From Spirochaetia bacterium (GTDB lineage: Bacteria > Bacillota > Desulfotomaculia > Desulfotomaculales > JAJYZD01): DNA of 64,000 nucleotides. Position numbers and translations under genes: made by a program. Shown here piece by piece: positions 11,225 through 19,994 of this stretch. Location of the stretch: NCBI GenBank assembly GCA_035530395.1, contig DATKUX010000146.1, positions 273 to 64,272 of the forward strand. Reading direction: 5' to 3'. Numbering within the stretch: position 1 is the stretch's first letter; the number at the start of each line of letters is the position of its first letter. Below the pieces are notes generated by a model. That model did no database searches and was not told the origin of the DNA. It worked only from the letters and a program-made list of their open reading frames with translations.

Positions 11225-12043
11225 CTACAGTCTTTTTTCGACCCAACTATGAATATCTCCAATAACCGTGCCTCTTTCCTTTTCATTGAGTATTTCATGA
11301 AAAAGACCCTCGTAAAACTTCAATTGCTTGTCCTGCGACGAAATATTTTCGTAGAGCCATTTTGCAGCCTCAGGAATAACTATCCGGTCGGCGCCGCCAT
11401 GAACAATAAGGCATGGACACGCATAATCCTTAATATTTCTTGCCAGCCATGCAGGCCCCCTGATACCTATCTCACCAAGCAGCTTTAATTCCGTTTCTTT
11501 AAGAACCAGAGGGTCTTTCTCGTAATCATTGACCACAGCCTCATCCCTACAAATTAGACGGGCCAGTGAATTTGGTGATTTTACCCCCCGTAAGGCGTCG
11601 AAATCCACCTTCTTGAGTTCGGCCATCGAAGGAAGTTCTATGACCAGCGCCCCCGAAAGCACCTGCCCGGCAAGCTTATGTCCGTACTTCACGCCGTAAC
11701 AGGCTGCGATAAGGCCCCCCATGCTGTGTCCCAATATAAACAGGGGCAGTCCGGGATTATCCTTCTTGGCCAGGTTTACTACAACATCGGCGTCATCGAC
11801 AAAACGGAGAAAGTTATCAATATAACCCCTGTCCCCACCGGATTTTCCATGTCCTCTATTGTCATACCTGTACACACCGTAACCAAATTGGTTAAACTTC
11901 TGGGCTACATATTCATATCGGCCAGAATGCTCACATAGGCCATGCACAAAAACAAACACTGCCTTTGCTTTTTCAGGTAAATCCTTCCTAATGAACAACT
12001 CCGTATCATCAGCTGCGCCAATTAGCCCTTCATATGTCGTCAT
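11225..12043 (-). CDS. Alpha/beta hydrolase, monoacylglycerol lipase / lysophospholipase family
   Basis: HG oxyanion motif FVHGLCEHSGRY and nucleophile GHSMGG. Alternative start at 12067. Confidence 0.8.
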   Translation of the reverse strand: MTTYEGLIGAADDTELFIRKDLPEKAKAVFVFVHGLCEHSGRYEYVAQKFNQFGYGVYRYDNRGHGKSGGDRGYIDNFLRFVDDADVVVNLAKKDNPGLPLFILGHSMGGLIAACYGVKYGHKLAGQVLSGALVIELPSMAELKKVDFDALRGVKSPNSLARLICRDEAVVNDYEKDPLVLKETELKLLGEIGIRGPAWLARNIKDYACPCLIVHGGADRIVIPEAAKWLYENISSQDKQLKFYEGLFHEILNEKERGTVIGDIHSWVEKRL

Positions 12044-12111
12044 ACTACTATCCCCCTTCATTAACACTACCCAACCGGTCTGTCACAACTAACGGGTCCG
12101 GATTGGGAAGC

Positions 12112-12156
12112 AAAAAAACCACTCTTTGCTTCCCCTGAAGGGAGGCAACGAGCAGG
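12112..12156 (-). terminator. Leader intrinsic terminator upstream of the lipase/DJ-1 operon
   Basis: Minus strand: CCTGCTCGTTGCCTCCC-TTCAG-GGGAAGCAAAGAGTGG followed by TTTTTTT, about 70 nt upstream of the lipase start. Confidence 0.55.
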
Positions 12157-12400
12157 TTTTCAGATCTCTAAACCCGTCTATCAAGTTGTCGGTTTCCGGC
12201 GAAGCATGGGGTGCCATCCGTGCTGATTATAGAGCGCGGGGCTGCAAATAGTAAAGGGCAGTTTCTTTACCAGCAGGAAATAGAACGCAAACGGTAATAT
12301 TGGCCAGGCAAACGGAACAGCGGGTTTTGTGCCGACTGCAAACCGGCTTAGGAGAGCGGTCGGCAAACCGTAAAATTAACCTGTGGTCAATGTTCAACGT
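12157..12400 (-). promoter_or_regulatory. Lipase-operon leader RNA homologous to the glpFK leader
   Basis: Minus strand CCGACAACTTGATAGACGGGTTTAGAGATCTGAAAACC compares with glpF leader CCCCAACAACTTGATAAAAGGGTTTAGAGATTTGAAAACC. The shared TTTCCTGCTGGT block sits at similar spacing. Confidence 0.55.
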
Positions 12401-12544
12401 TGAACAATTCCCCGGAATTCCTGCCGCAAAACCAAGCCGCCGGTTGGGTCGGGGCCGAACCCATGAGTTCCTTGAAATCCGGCAAACAATCCCTTATAAT
12501 TAACACGGCGATTTTGCCTCTGATCAGGCTGGAGGGGTGTACCG

Positions 12545-13147
12545 GTGGTTATCAGTCTCGCGTTTATCGTCGCCGGCTACCTGGTCGGCTCCATTCCGTT
12601 CGGTCTGTGGCTGGTGAAGGCTTTCAAGGGCGTGGACGTCCGCCGGTTCGGCAGCGGCAACACCGGCACCATCAACGTTTTCAGGGTGGGCGGGGCGGGA
12701 TTGGGTGTCGTGGTCTTCGTTCTGGACGTCCTGAAGGGTTTGTTGCCCGTATTTCTGGCCAGCACGGTTTCCTTCTCTCCCCTTTTGATCGTCCTGGTCG
12801 GTCTGGCGGCCATCGCCGGCCATAACTGGTCCCTCTACCTGAAATTTTCCGGCGGCAAGGGAGTGGCCACCAGTCTGGGCGTGCTGGTCGCCCTGTCCTG
12901 GCAGACGGCCGTACTTGGTTTCGCGGTCTGGCTGGTCATGATTCTCCTGACCAGGTACTCGTCCGTAGGGTCCATGACCGCGGGAGTGGCGGCCCCGCTG
13001 CTTTTGTGGTGGCTGAAAGCGCCGCCGGCCTACATAGGGTTCGGAGTGGTCGCCGCGTTGTTCATCCTCTACCGGCACCGAGCCAACATCCAACGGCTGG
13101 CGCACGGCGAGGAACTGAAGATTAGCCTGCCGGGCAGGCACAAATAA
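12545..13147 (+). CDS. plsY: Glycerol-3-phosphate acyltransferase PlsY
   Basis: 200 aa polytopic protein with GSIPFG...FGSGNTGTINVFR and HNWSLYLKFSGGKGVAT motifs. GTG start. Confidence 0.9.
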   Translation: MVISLAFIVAGYLVGSIPFGLWLVKAFKGVDVRRFGSGNTGTINVFRVGGAGLGVVVFVLDVLKGLLPVFLASTVSFSPLLIVLVGLAAIAGHNWSLYLKFSGGKGVATSLGVLVALSWQTAVLGFAVWLVMILLTRYSSVGSMTAGVAAPLLLWWLKAPPAYIGFGVVAALFILYRHRANIQRLAHGEELKISLPGRHK

Positions 13148-13156
13148 CAGGCGGAG

Positions 13157-14197
13157 GTGCCGGCTATGCGCGTTCTTTGCTACGGGGCCGGGGCCATAGG
13201 CACCCTGGTGGGAGGTTATTTGGCCCGGGCCGGTAACCCCGTCGCCCTGCTGGGCCGCCCAGGCCACGTCGACGCCGTCAACCGACAGGGCCTGGAGATG
13301 CGCCTCCCCGGGGCTCCGCCCGAACGGGTCGGCCTCCAGGCCTATTCCTCCCTTGTCCAAGCCCTCGGCGACGGTTTTGCCCCCGAACTGGCCATCCTGA
13401 CCGTCAAGGGATATGATACCCCGGCGGCGGTAGCCGACCTGCAAGCCCACCTGCCCGCCGGCACCCTGGTCTTGACCCTGCAAAACGGCATCGGTAACGA
13501 GGAACTGTTGGCCGGGGCCCTGGGCCTGGATCGCACCCTCTCCGGCTGCATCACCCTGAGCGTAGGTCTCCCGGAGCCGGGCTGCGTAGAGCTTTTTTCC
13601 ACCAAAGGGGGCATCGGCCTGGCCTCCCTGGACGAACGGACTTCAATCGCTCCCGTGGCTTCCCTGCTCGGCCAGGCCGGCTTTACCGTTATGGTCCAAC
13701 CGGACTGGCGCGCCCTCAAGTGGTCCAAGCTACTCCTGAACGTCCTGGGCAACGCCGTCGCCGCCATTTTGGACCTGGCCCCGCGGGAGGTTTTCGCCGA
13801 CCACGCCCTGTGCGGGCTGGAGAGAGCCGCCTTCAACGAAGCCCTGGCGGTCATGAAGACTTGGGAGTTGCGCCCCGTCGACCTGCCCGGCTTCCCGGTC
13901 CGCCTCCTGGTGTTTCTCTTCCGCTCCCTGCCGCCCACCGTCCTTTCCCCCCTTCTGGCCGGCCGCCTCGGCTCCGGCCGGGGCGAGAAGATGCCCTCCC
14001 TATGGTTGGACCTGCGGAAAGGGCGGACCGAATCGGAAGTGGCGCAGTTAAACGGCGCGGTAGCAGCCTGGGGGAGGAAACTGGGCCTGGCGACGCCGGC
14101 CAACACCCGCATAACAGACGCCCTTACAGACATACTGGCGAACCCCTCCCGCCAGGAAAAATACCGGCACAACCCCGCCGCGCTTCTCAAGCCCTGA
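13157..14197 (+). CDS. 2-dehydropantoate 2-reductase family oxidoreductase (ApbA/PanE-like)
   Basis: Rossmann N-terminus MRVLCYGAGAIGTLVGGYLA and a ketopantoate-reductase-like C-terminal domain (SLWLDLRKGRTESEVAQLNGAV). ATG 13166 is an alternative start. Confidence 0.75.
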   Translation: MPAMRVLCYGAGAIGTLVGGYLARAGNPVALLGRPGHVDAVNRQGLEMRLPGAPPERVGLQAYSSLVQALGDGFAPELAILTVKGYDTPAAVADLQAHLPAGTLVLTLQNGIGNEELLAGALGLDRTLSGCITLSVGLPEPGCVELFSTKGGIGLASLDERTSIAPVASLLGQAGFTVMVQPDWRALKWSKLLLNVLGNAVAAILDLAPREVFADHALCGLERAAFNEALAVMKTWELRPVDLPGFPVRLLVFLFRSLPPTVLSPLLAGRLGSGRGEKMPSLWLDLRKGRTESEVAQLNGAVAAWGRKLGLATPANTRITDALTDILANPSRQEKYRHNPAALLKP

Positions 14198-14242
14198 CCT
14201 GCCGGAAACCGGAAGCTGCAACCATCTCCCGCAGGGCCTCCC

Positions 14243-14271
14243 TTGACAAACTGGACTGAATTTGGTACCAT
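14243..14271 (+). promoter_or_regulatory. Putative sigma-70 promoter of the toxin-antitoxin cassette
   Basis: TTGACA, 17 nt, TACCAT, followed by a GGTAC...GTAC palindrome-like operator and RBS AGGGGG before ATG 14296. Confidence 0.4.
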
Positions 14272-14295
14272 ATTTGTACAGGGGGCGATAACACG

Positions 14296-14577
14296 ATGAA
14301 TATTAAAGAAGATATTCGGGCCATTTCTTATGTTAAAGCCAATGCGGCTGAGATTCTTACGCAAGTGAACGAGACCCATAGACCTGTCTATGTTACTCAA
14401 AATGGAGAGGCTAGGGCGGTTTTATTGGATACTGAATCGTTTGAAAAAATGATGAAGGCACTCGGTTTATTAAAACTATTGGCCCAAGGCGAGCGTGACA
14501 TAGTTGATGGAAAAGTCTTATCGCAGGAAGACTTTTTTCGCTTAAATCGCAATTTTGATAATAAAAACGATGTCTAA
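14296..14577 (+). CDS. Type II antitoxin, Phd/YefM family
   Basis: 93 aa. The N-terminus ISYVKANAAEILTQVNETHRPVYVTQNGEARAVLLDTESFEKM is typical of Phd/YefM. It overlaps the toxin start (ATGTCTAA). Confidence 0.85.
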   Translation: MNIKEDIRAISYVKANAAEILTQVNETHRPVYVTQNGEARAVLLDTESFEKMMKALGLLKLLAQGERDIVDGKVLSQEDFFRLNRNFDNKNDV

Positions 14578-14905
14578 GGGAGTATATCAGGTTTTCTGGA
14601 CACAAACTGCCCAGCAGGATTTGCAAAGAATAATTGAATACATTTCCGCTGACAGCGAGCTTCAAGCACAAAGAGTTTATCTTTCCATTAAGGAAAAAGC
14701 TAATAACTTGAAGCAAATGCCCCTACAGGGAAGAATTATTCCAGAATTAAGATATTATAGTATTTTAATCTATAGAGAATTAATTAGTCCGCCCTGGCGA
14801 ATTATTTATAAGACTGAAGAAAATAAGGTATGGGTGCTTGCAGTAATCGATGGCAGAAGAAATGTGGAGGACATATTGCTTAACAGGTTCATCGATACTG
14901 AATGA
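14570..14905 (+). CDS. Type II toxin, RelE/ParE family
   Basis: MSKGVYQVFWTQTAQQDLQRIIEYI...WRIIYKTEENKVWVLAVIDGRR is a ParE/RelE fold signature. Low-GC cassette. Confidence 0.8.
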   Translation: MSKGVYQVFWTQTAQQDLQRIIEYISADSELQAQRVYLSIKEKANNLKQMPLQGRIIPELRYYSILIYRELISPPWRIIYKTEENKVWVLAVIDGRRNVEDILLNRFIDTE

Positions 14906-14974
14906 TCTTGCTAGCTAACATTTTTTAGCGCCTGAAAGTTCAGTAGTCACCGTCGCGGGTAACTTACTGTTACT

Positions 14975-15283
14975 GGGTTATCCGGTGCGCCTGCTGGCCT
15001 TTCTTTTCCGCTCCCTGCCGCCCGCCTTATTGTCCCCCCTGCTGGCCGGCCGCCTCGGTTCCGGCCGGGATGGGAAATGCCGTCTTTATGGATCGACCTG
15101 CAAAAGGGGCGCTCTAAGTCGGAAGTGACGCAATTAAACGGTGCGGTGGTGGAATGGGGGCAGAAACTGGGCTTTGCGACTCCGGCCAACGCCCGGATCT
15201 TGGCCGCCCTCACCGCCATACTGGCGGACCCCTCCCGGCGGGAAAACTACCGGCATAACCCGGAAGCCCTTCTCCAGTCCTGA
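14975..15283 (+). pseudogene. Orphan 3' fragment of a panE-like gene (diverged duplicate of 13886-14197)
   Basis: The DNA aligns by eye along its whole length with the 3' end of the intact gene. Encoded MPSLWIDLQKGRSKSEVTQLNGAVVEWGQKLGFATPANARI compares with MPSLWLDLRKGRTESEVAQLNGAVAAWGRKLGLATPANTRI. There is no 5' part. Confidence 0.8.
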
Positions 15284-15612
15284 CCCAGCGTTCCCAGCGT
15301 TCCCACCCACCGGCCGTTCGGCTCCTTCACTTTTCACCTCTTCCCCTCCGCGCTGTTACCCTCATCTGTAATATATTCCCTGGATGGGATGTTAAATCAG
15401 CGTAAAGCGTGTGTTAAATTAGGGTAAAATGTCTTAAATGCCCCAGTAGAAACTCGCCATTAAGCCGAATATATCGATGGGATTGCGGTATCCGTCGGTA
15501 TTTTCTGAAAGTTTCTCGTAGGAGGGCATATACTTGACGTTCTTTCTAGAATCTTCCTTTCTGAAATCGATTTTTTCGCAAACCTTCCCTTCTTAAATCG
15601 TCTTTTCTAAAG

Positions 15613-16143
15613 ATGAGAATTCGCGAACGAATTATAATGATTATGGCTACCATCTGCACAATCGTGATATTTCTCGGCCTGTATAGCCTATATAATGTGA
15701 ATCAAGTAAATAACAGCCTGAATAGCATGTACAATACATCCCTCATGTCTACCCAGTACCTCGCCAAAGCCGATCATTCTTTTCAGCAAATGAGGGTGGC
15801 GAAATACAGGAACATTGTAGCCACCGACCCGCAGGAAATGCAGACTTATAGTAACGATGCCGAGAATAACTATACAGATACGGAGAAATATCTCAAACAG
15901 TATCACTCTACCGGCCTATCGGCACGGGAAACAGCCGACTTGAACACCCTTCAATCTTTCCTGGACGAATACAAAACCAGCGTCGCCCGGATGGTGGCCG
16001 GCTTCTCCGTGCAATTGACTTCCCACGCCGAACAAACTTCGTCGGCCGTCTCGCAAACAGCCTCCGCGGCTAACGAAATCGCCCCCTCCGCGGCGTTATT
16101 ACTGGACTGCGCGATAGTTTCCATCCGGGCCGTGATAGCGTGA
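15613..16143 (+). pseudogene. Truncated methyl-accepting chemotaxis protein (N-terminal TM + 4HB-type sensor only)
   Basis: TM segment IMIMATICTIVIFLGLYSL and a 4-helix-bundle-like sensor, then an abrupt short piece of signalling-domain-like sequence (EQTSSAVSQTASAANEIA) and a stop. HAMP and most of the MA domain are missing. Confidence 0.6.
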
Positions 16144-16283
16144 TTAACATCACGGCAAACTTCTAACCGGGGCCACAGCTGTCGCCTCCGAAAAGGATAA
16201 AGTATAGGCAGGGCGGTAAACGGAGAACTTCCCAAGTTCACGTTGGAGTCAAAGCCGAACTGATCCTTAACGGAGGTGCATTT

Positions 16284-16847
16284 ATGGATACGGATACTAC
16301 CGGCAATAGCGGGCCGGGCCACCGCTCCCGCCTGATCCGGTATGTCACCAAGATGAAAGGGGCCAGGCGCACCACCCCTTTGCTGCCACCCGCCAGCCTG
16401 GACGTTCTAATCTCCTGGCTGGGGGCCTTTCTGGGCATCGGCACGGTTACCCTGCTCAGCATGGTTTGCAAAATGCCGCTTCTGGTGGCCTCTTTCGGGG
16501 CTTCGGCCGTGCTCGTCTACGGGGTACCCGACGTGCCTCTGGCCCAGCCGCGCAACGTCATCGGAGGCCATTTTCTTTCCGCGGTAACCGCCGTGATCGT
16601 TTATGCCGTCTTCGGCTCGACCTGGTGGTCCATTTCCCTGGCCGTAGCCCTGGCCATAGCCCTGATGCTCGTCACCCACACCGCCCACCCGCCCGGCGGA
16701 GCCACCGCCCTGGTGGGCGTTTTGACCAAGGCCTCGCCGTCCTTCATTTTCACCCCGGTTGCTTCCGGCGCGATCATCCTGGTCGCCGTGGGCCTTCTGA
16801 CCAACAATCTCTCGCCGAACAGACATTATCCCCGGTACTGGATATAG
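16284..16847 (+). CDS. HPP family membrane protein
   Basis: FGASAVLVYG...PRNVIGGH...THTAHPPGGATAL is the HPP signature. Confidence 0.8.
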   Translation: MDTDTTGNSGPGHRSRLIRYVTKMKGARRTTPLLPPASLDVLISWLGAFLGIGTVTLLSMVCKMPLLVASFGASAVLVYGVPDVPLAQPRNVIGGHFLSAVTAVIVYAVFGSTWWSISLAVALAIALMLVTHTAHPPGGATALVGVLTKASPSFIFTPVASGAIILVAVGLLTNNLSPNRHYPRYWI

Positions 16848-16850
16848 GGA

Positions 16851-17450
16851 ATGAAGCACGATGCCACAAAGGGGGCTAAGATTATGAGCGACCAACCGAA
16901 TATTACCCGGGAAGATGTGGAGGCCGCCCTGGAGCAAATGGCAACCGCCATGGATGTCACCTTCGAGGACTTGTGGAAAGTCGTCCGCCTGACCGTGGAC
17001 CATGCCGAACAGCGCAAAGCACTTTTCGAAGCCAGGGAATGGATCAGGGACATAATGAAAAGCCCGGTCATAACCTGCGCGCCGGATGCCAGTGTCCACG
17101 ACGCGGCCCACCTGATGCTCGAAAAGGACATTCACTGCCTGCCCGTGGTCGAGGACGGAACTAGGCTGGTGGGCATATTGACGGAGTCGGATCTGATGTA
17201 CCAACTGTCTCCCGAGGCAACTGACACCCCGCTCCACCACCTTTTCTTCCGGAAAAGGGTGCACAAGGCCGGCCATACCGCCGGGGAGGTCATGACCAGG
17301 GAAGTGCTTGCCGTTCATCCGGAGGATTCCATCATCGATGCGGTGCACATTCTCCTGAAACACGGTTTCGGCCGTCTCCCGGTAGTCGACCAGGACAACC
17401 ACCTTGTCGGCATCGTCGCCCGCAAGGATCTCCTGCGGTTTGTGCGCTGA
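16851..17450 (+). CDS. CBS-pair domain protein
   Basis: Two CBS repeats (IMKSPVITCAPDASVHDAAHLMLEKDIHCLPVV; VMTREVLAVHPEDSIIDAVHILLKHGFGRLPVV). Alternative start near 16884. Confidence 0.8.
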   Translation: MKHDATKGAKIMSDQPNITREDVEAALEQMATAMDVTFEDLWKVVRLTVDHAEQRKALFEAREWIRDIMKSPVITCAPDASVHDAAHLMLEKDIHCLPVVEDGTRLVGILTESDLMYQLSPEATDTPLHHLFFRKRVHKAGHTAGEVMTREVLAVHPEDSIIDAVHILLKHGFGRLPVVDQDNHLVGIVARKDLLRFVR

Positions 17451-17535
17451 ATCCTTTGGCTCCGGTGAAACGAACCCCAGCCAGTTGCTTAAGGATCTCT
17501 CCGTAGTGAAACTAAAAAACTAAGGACAAGGACAC

Positions 17536-17577
17536 AAAACTCCGATATGTAACCTTTTTAGCGTCACATATCGGAGT
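17536..17577 (-). terminator. Perfect 12-bp hairpin downstream of the STAS-like gene (possibly bidirectional)
   Basis: ACTCCGATATGT, 15-nt loop, ACATATCGGAGT. On the minus strand it is followed by TTTTG. It lies between convergent genes. Confidence 0.45.
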
Positions 17578-17599
17578 CTAAACAAAGACCATAAGGTAA

Positions 17600-17980
17600 T
17601 CAGACAGTCACCAGATCCTCAATCTCAATCTTTCGCAGGGCATCTTCTTCATCCCTACCCTTAAAGGGCATCCCGGAAGATGAAGAACGAGAAATCATCC
17701 CCAAGCTATAGGTGGCCACCATAGTTATTACACTTTTAACTACATCATTACAGTCCTTGAAGTGTATTCTGTGGTGAAAAGAAGGGCCAATTTGCCTAAT
17801 TATTACACCTATGGCTTCGTCAATGAAACTTTGAGTAACAAGATTAATGCCACTGAAGTCCAGCGTTATAGTATTGCTATTACCCAAAAGCTCTTCTATC
17901 TTTTCTCTCAATATTCGACCGCTGTGCCGTGATCCGATATCACTAGACTCAAAAATATCGAGCAATTTTAGAGAAAACAC
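17600..17980 (-). CDS. STAS-like (DUF4325-type) small protein
   Basis: 126 aa. The pattern GRILREKIEELLGNSNTITLDFSGINLVTQSFIDEAIGVI is typical of DUF4325/STAS-like proteins. Low-GC island. Confidence 0.6.
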   Translation of the reverse strand: MFSLKLLDIFESSDIGSRHSGRILREKIEELLGNSNTITLDFSGINLVTQSFIDEAIGVIIRQIGPSFHHRIHFKDCNDVVKSVITMVATYSLGMISRSSSSGMPFKGRDEEDALRKIEIEDLVTV

Positions 17981-18002
17981 GGCTTATTACCTCCTTCCAA
18001 TA

Positions 18003-18956
18003 TTATTTGAAAGCTATGTTCACCAATTTATCCTCAGATTCCTTTAGTATATCACTCATGCAATCCTTGAGGCAGTGTTTGATATTATTATTTACCAATT
18101 CAACAGAAACTACAACACCAGGCCATGGCCGGGTCAAACTACCTTCGTTTCTTTCGTACCCATTTTCCACCGAAAACAAGCCTTCGCCAGATATTATCTT
18201 AAGAGTGCCGCCACTTTTAGCAACTAAACCTTTTGTAATATACAAACCATATCCCACATTACTAAATGAATTTCCATAAATGCCTGGAATCACTCCAGTA
18301 ACTCCTTTTCTTAAAGCTAATGCTATGGCTTCCATATCGGTTTTAAGATTGTACTGTGACGATAGGTGCCGCTTAAAACCAATGCCACAATCGGAAACAC
18401 AGAATTGGGCTTTATTCGTCTGTGGCCAATACTGAGCACAGACGACAGCGCCAAAGAGGCACCCGGAATGTTCTACTGCGTTGGCGATAATCTCTCTTAT
18501 CATATAGCTCATGTAGTTCTTAAGTTCCGGTTCTCTTAAAAAAATTTGAGCTATACTATTGGATATCTTGTCCGTACTGGCAGTACTGTCAACTATCTCT
18601 GTCTCTATAAACCTACCGCTGCTATCCCTTCTATGAAATCCTTCATCCTTTTCAATCTGTAAAATCTTGTAAAAGCTAATCCTTTGTAAATATCTTTCCA
18701 CGTCTCCATCAAAAACATTCTCACTAACTGAGACATATATTCCTGCACCCTGGAGAAACTTAATATAAGCCAGCAGGGTAGCTATCCCACAAGGCTCCAC
18801 CCAGGCCAGTTGACTTATATCAATGAACACTGGCTGAGTATCGTCCCTCATAAGACTGGTTACCAATTTGCCAAGGGATGCCATATCCAGTCTTCTGCCC
18901 AAGTCTACCTCGATCAATGCGGCACCTCCGGCCCTGATTGAACCAGCCAATGACAA
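18003..18956 (-). CDS. GHKL/histidine-kinase-like ATPase with N-terminal STAS-like region (anti-sigma/partner-switching-like)
   Basis: N-box-like IREIIANAVEHSG and G1-like VSDCGIGF. The N-terminal 100 aa resemble a STAS fold (PVFIDISQLAWVEPCGIATLLAYIKFLQ). Low-GC. Confidence 0.6.
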   Translation of the reverse strand: MSLAGSIRAGGAALIEVDLGRRLDMASLGKLVTSLMRDDTQPVFIDISQLAWVEPCGIATLLAYIKFLQGAGIYVSVSENVFDGDVERYLQRISFYKILQIEKDEGFHRRDSSGRFIETEIVDSTASTDKISNSIAQIFLREPELKNYMSYMIREIIANAVEHSGCLFGAVVCAQYWPQTNKAQFCVSDCGIGFKRHLSSQYNLKTDMEAIALALRKGVTGVIPGIYGNSFSNVGYGLYITKGLVAKSGGTLKIISGEGLFSVENGYERNEGSLTRPWPGVVVSVELVNNNIKHCLKDCMSDILKESEDKLVNIAFK

Positions 18957-19308
18957 GCTCTTTTGGTGAGACAGTCATATCAGTAGATTACCATCTTGGC
19001 TACTCTTCATCATTTCTTTCGTTTCTTTACGGGCACACTTCTTTACTAATTCCTTCCGTTCTTCGGCAAGAAAAGTGTATAAAGGTACTCTTTCTTCCTG
19101 AAGACATACCCGGCGATCTTAAAGTCATCATCGGCGAGGTCGAGCCAGTTTTCCGTCTTTGTCTTCACCGTAACGGCCTACGGAAAGACAAAAGGATTGA
19201 AACACCAGCCCGGACTTGGAAAGAGCAAAAAACCGCTTGGGAAGTTCCTAACGATATTTTACTGCCTTTCGTCGCTCGTTTCAATCCCTACCGCAAATAT
19301 TTTACAAA

Positions 19309-19935
19309 TCAGCCCGAATTGCCCTGCCGCCCGGCGGACCAAGGGCCGGAGGTCAGTTCCGCCAAAACCGCCGCCACCTGCTTTTTGGTCTCCGCCACGG
19401 TACCGTTGTTATTGATCACGAAGTCGGCGAACTTCAGCTTCTCCTCCACCGGCATCTGGGCGGCAATCCGTCTTTCGGCCCCGGCCCAGGTGAGCCCGCG
19501 GCCGCGAAGCCGTTCCATTTGCACGACCGGGGATGCGTACACAACGACCACCTTGTCCACCATCTCCCGGGCCATATCTTCCGTGAGCAGGGGGATGTCC
19601 TTAATGATAAGGGCCTGCGGCTCGGCGGCGAGGATGGCGGTGGTCCTGTCCCGGTCGGCGGCGAATACCGCCGGATGAACGATCCGGTTGAGCCGGTCCA
19701 GTCGGGCCGGATCGTTGAAGACGACCCGGGCAAGTTTGGCCCGGTCGATGGTCCGGTCCGGTCGCAGGACTTCCTCCCCGAAGCACCCCGCAATTTCCCG
19801 CCACGCCGGAGAAGGGGGCAGGATCACCTCGTGGGCCAGCCGGTCGAAATCAATGACTTCAGCGCCCATTTCCCCGAACATGGCGGCCACAGTACTTTTG
19901 CCCGTGCCAATGCTGCCGGTCAGACCCACTATCAT
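19309..19935 (-). CDS. coaE: Dephospho-CoA kinase
   Basis: MIVGLTGSIGTGKST P-loop at the N-terminus. The ORF-track start at 19971 is probably extended. Confidence 0.9.
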   Translation of the reverse strand: MIVGLTGSIGTGKSTVAAMFGEMGAEVIDFDRLAHEVILPPSPAWREIAGCFGEEVLRPDRTIDRAKLARVVFNDPARLDRLNRIVHPAVFAADRDRTTAILAAEPQALIIKDIPLLTEDMAREMVDKVVVVYASPVVQMERLRGRGLTWAGAERRIAAQMPVEEKLKFADFVINNNGTVAETKKQVAAVLAELTSGPWSAGRQGNSG

Positions 19936-19994
19936 CCTTATCCATCTCCCGGCAAAAAAGGGGCCGGACACTTTCGTCCGACCCCCTGGTGCCC

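Noticed and set aside
19195-19287. CRISPR-repeat-like termini: GGATTGAAAC at 19195-19204 and its inverse GTTTCAATCC at 19278-19287.
   Set aside because: There is only one inverted pair of 10 nt. I saw no regularly spaced direct repeats, spacers or cas genes, so this is most likely chance or at best a relic.
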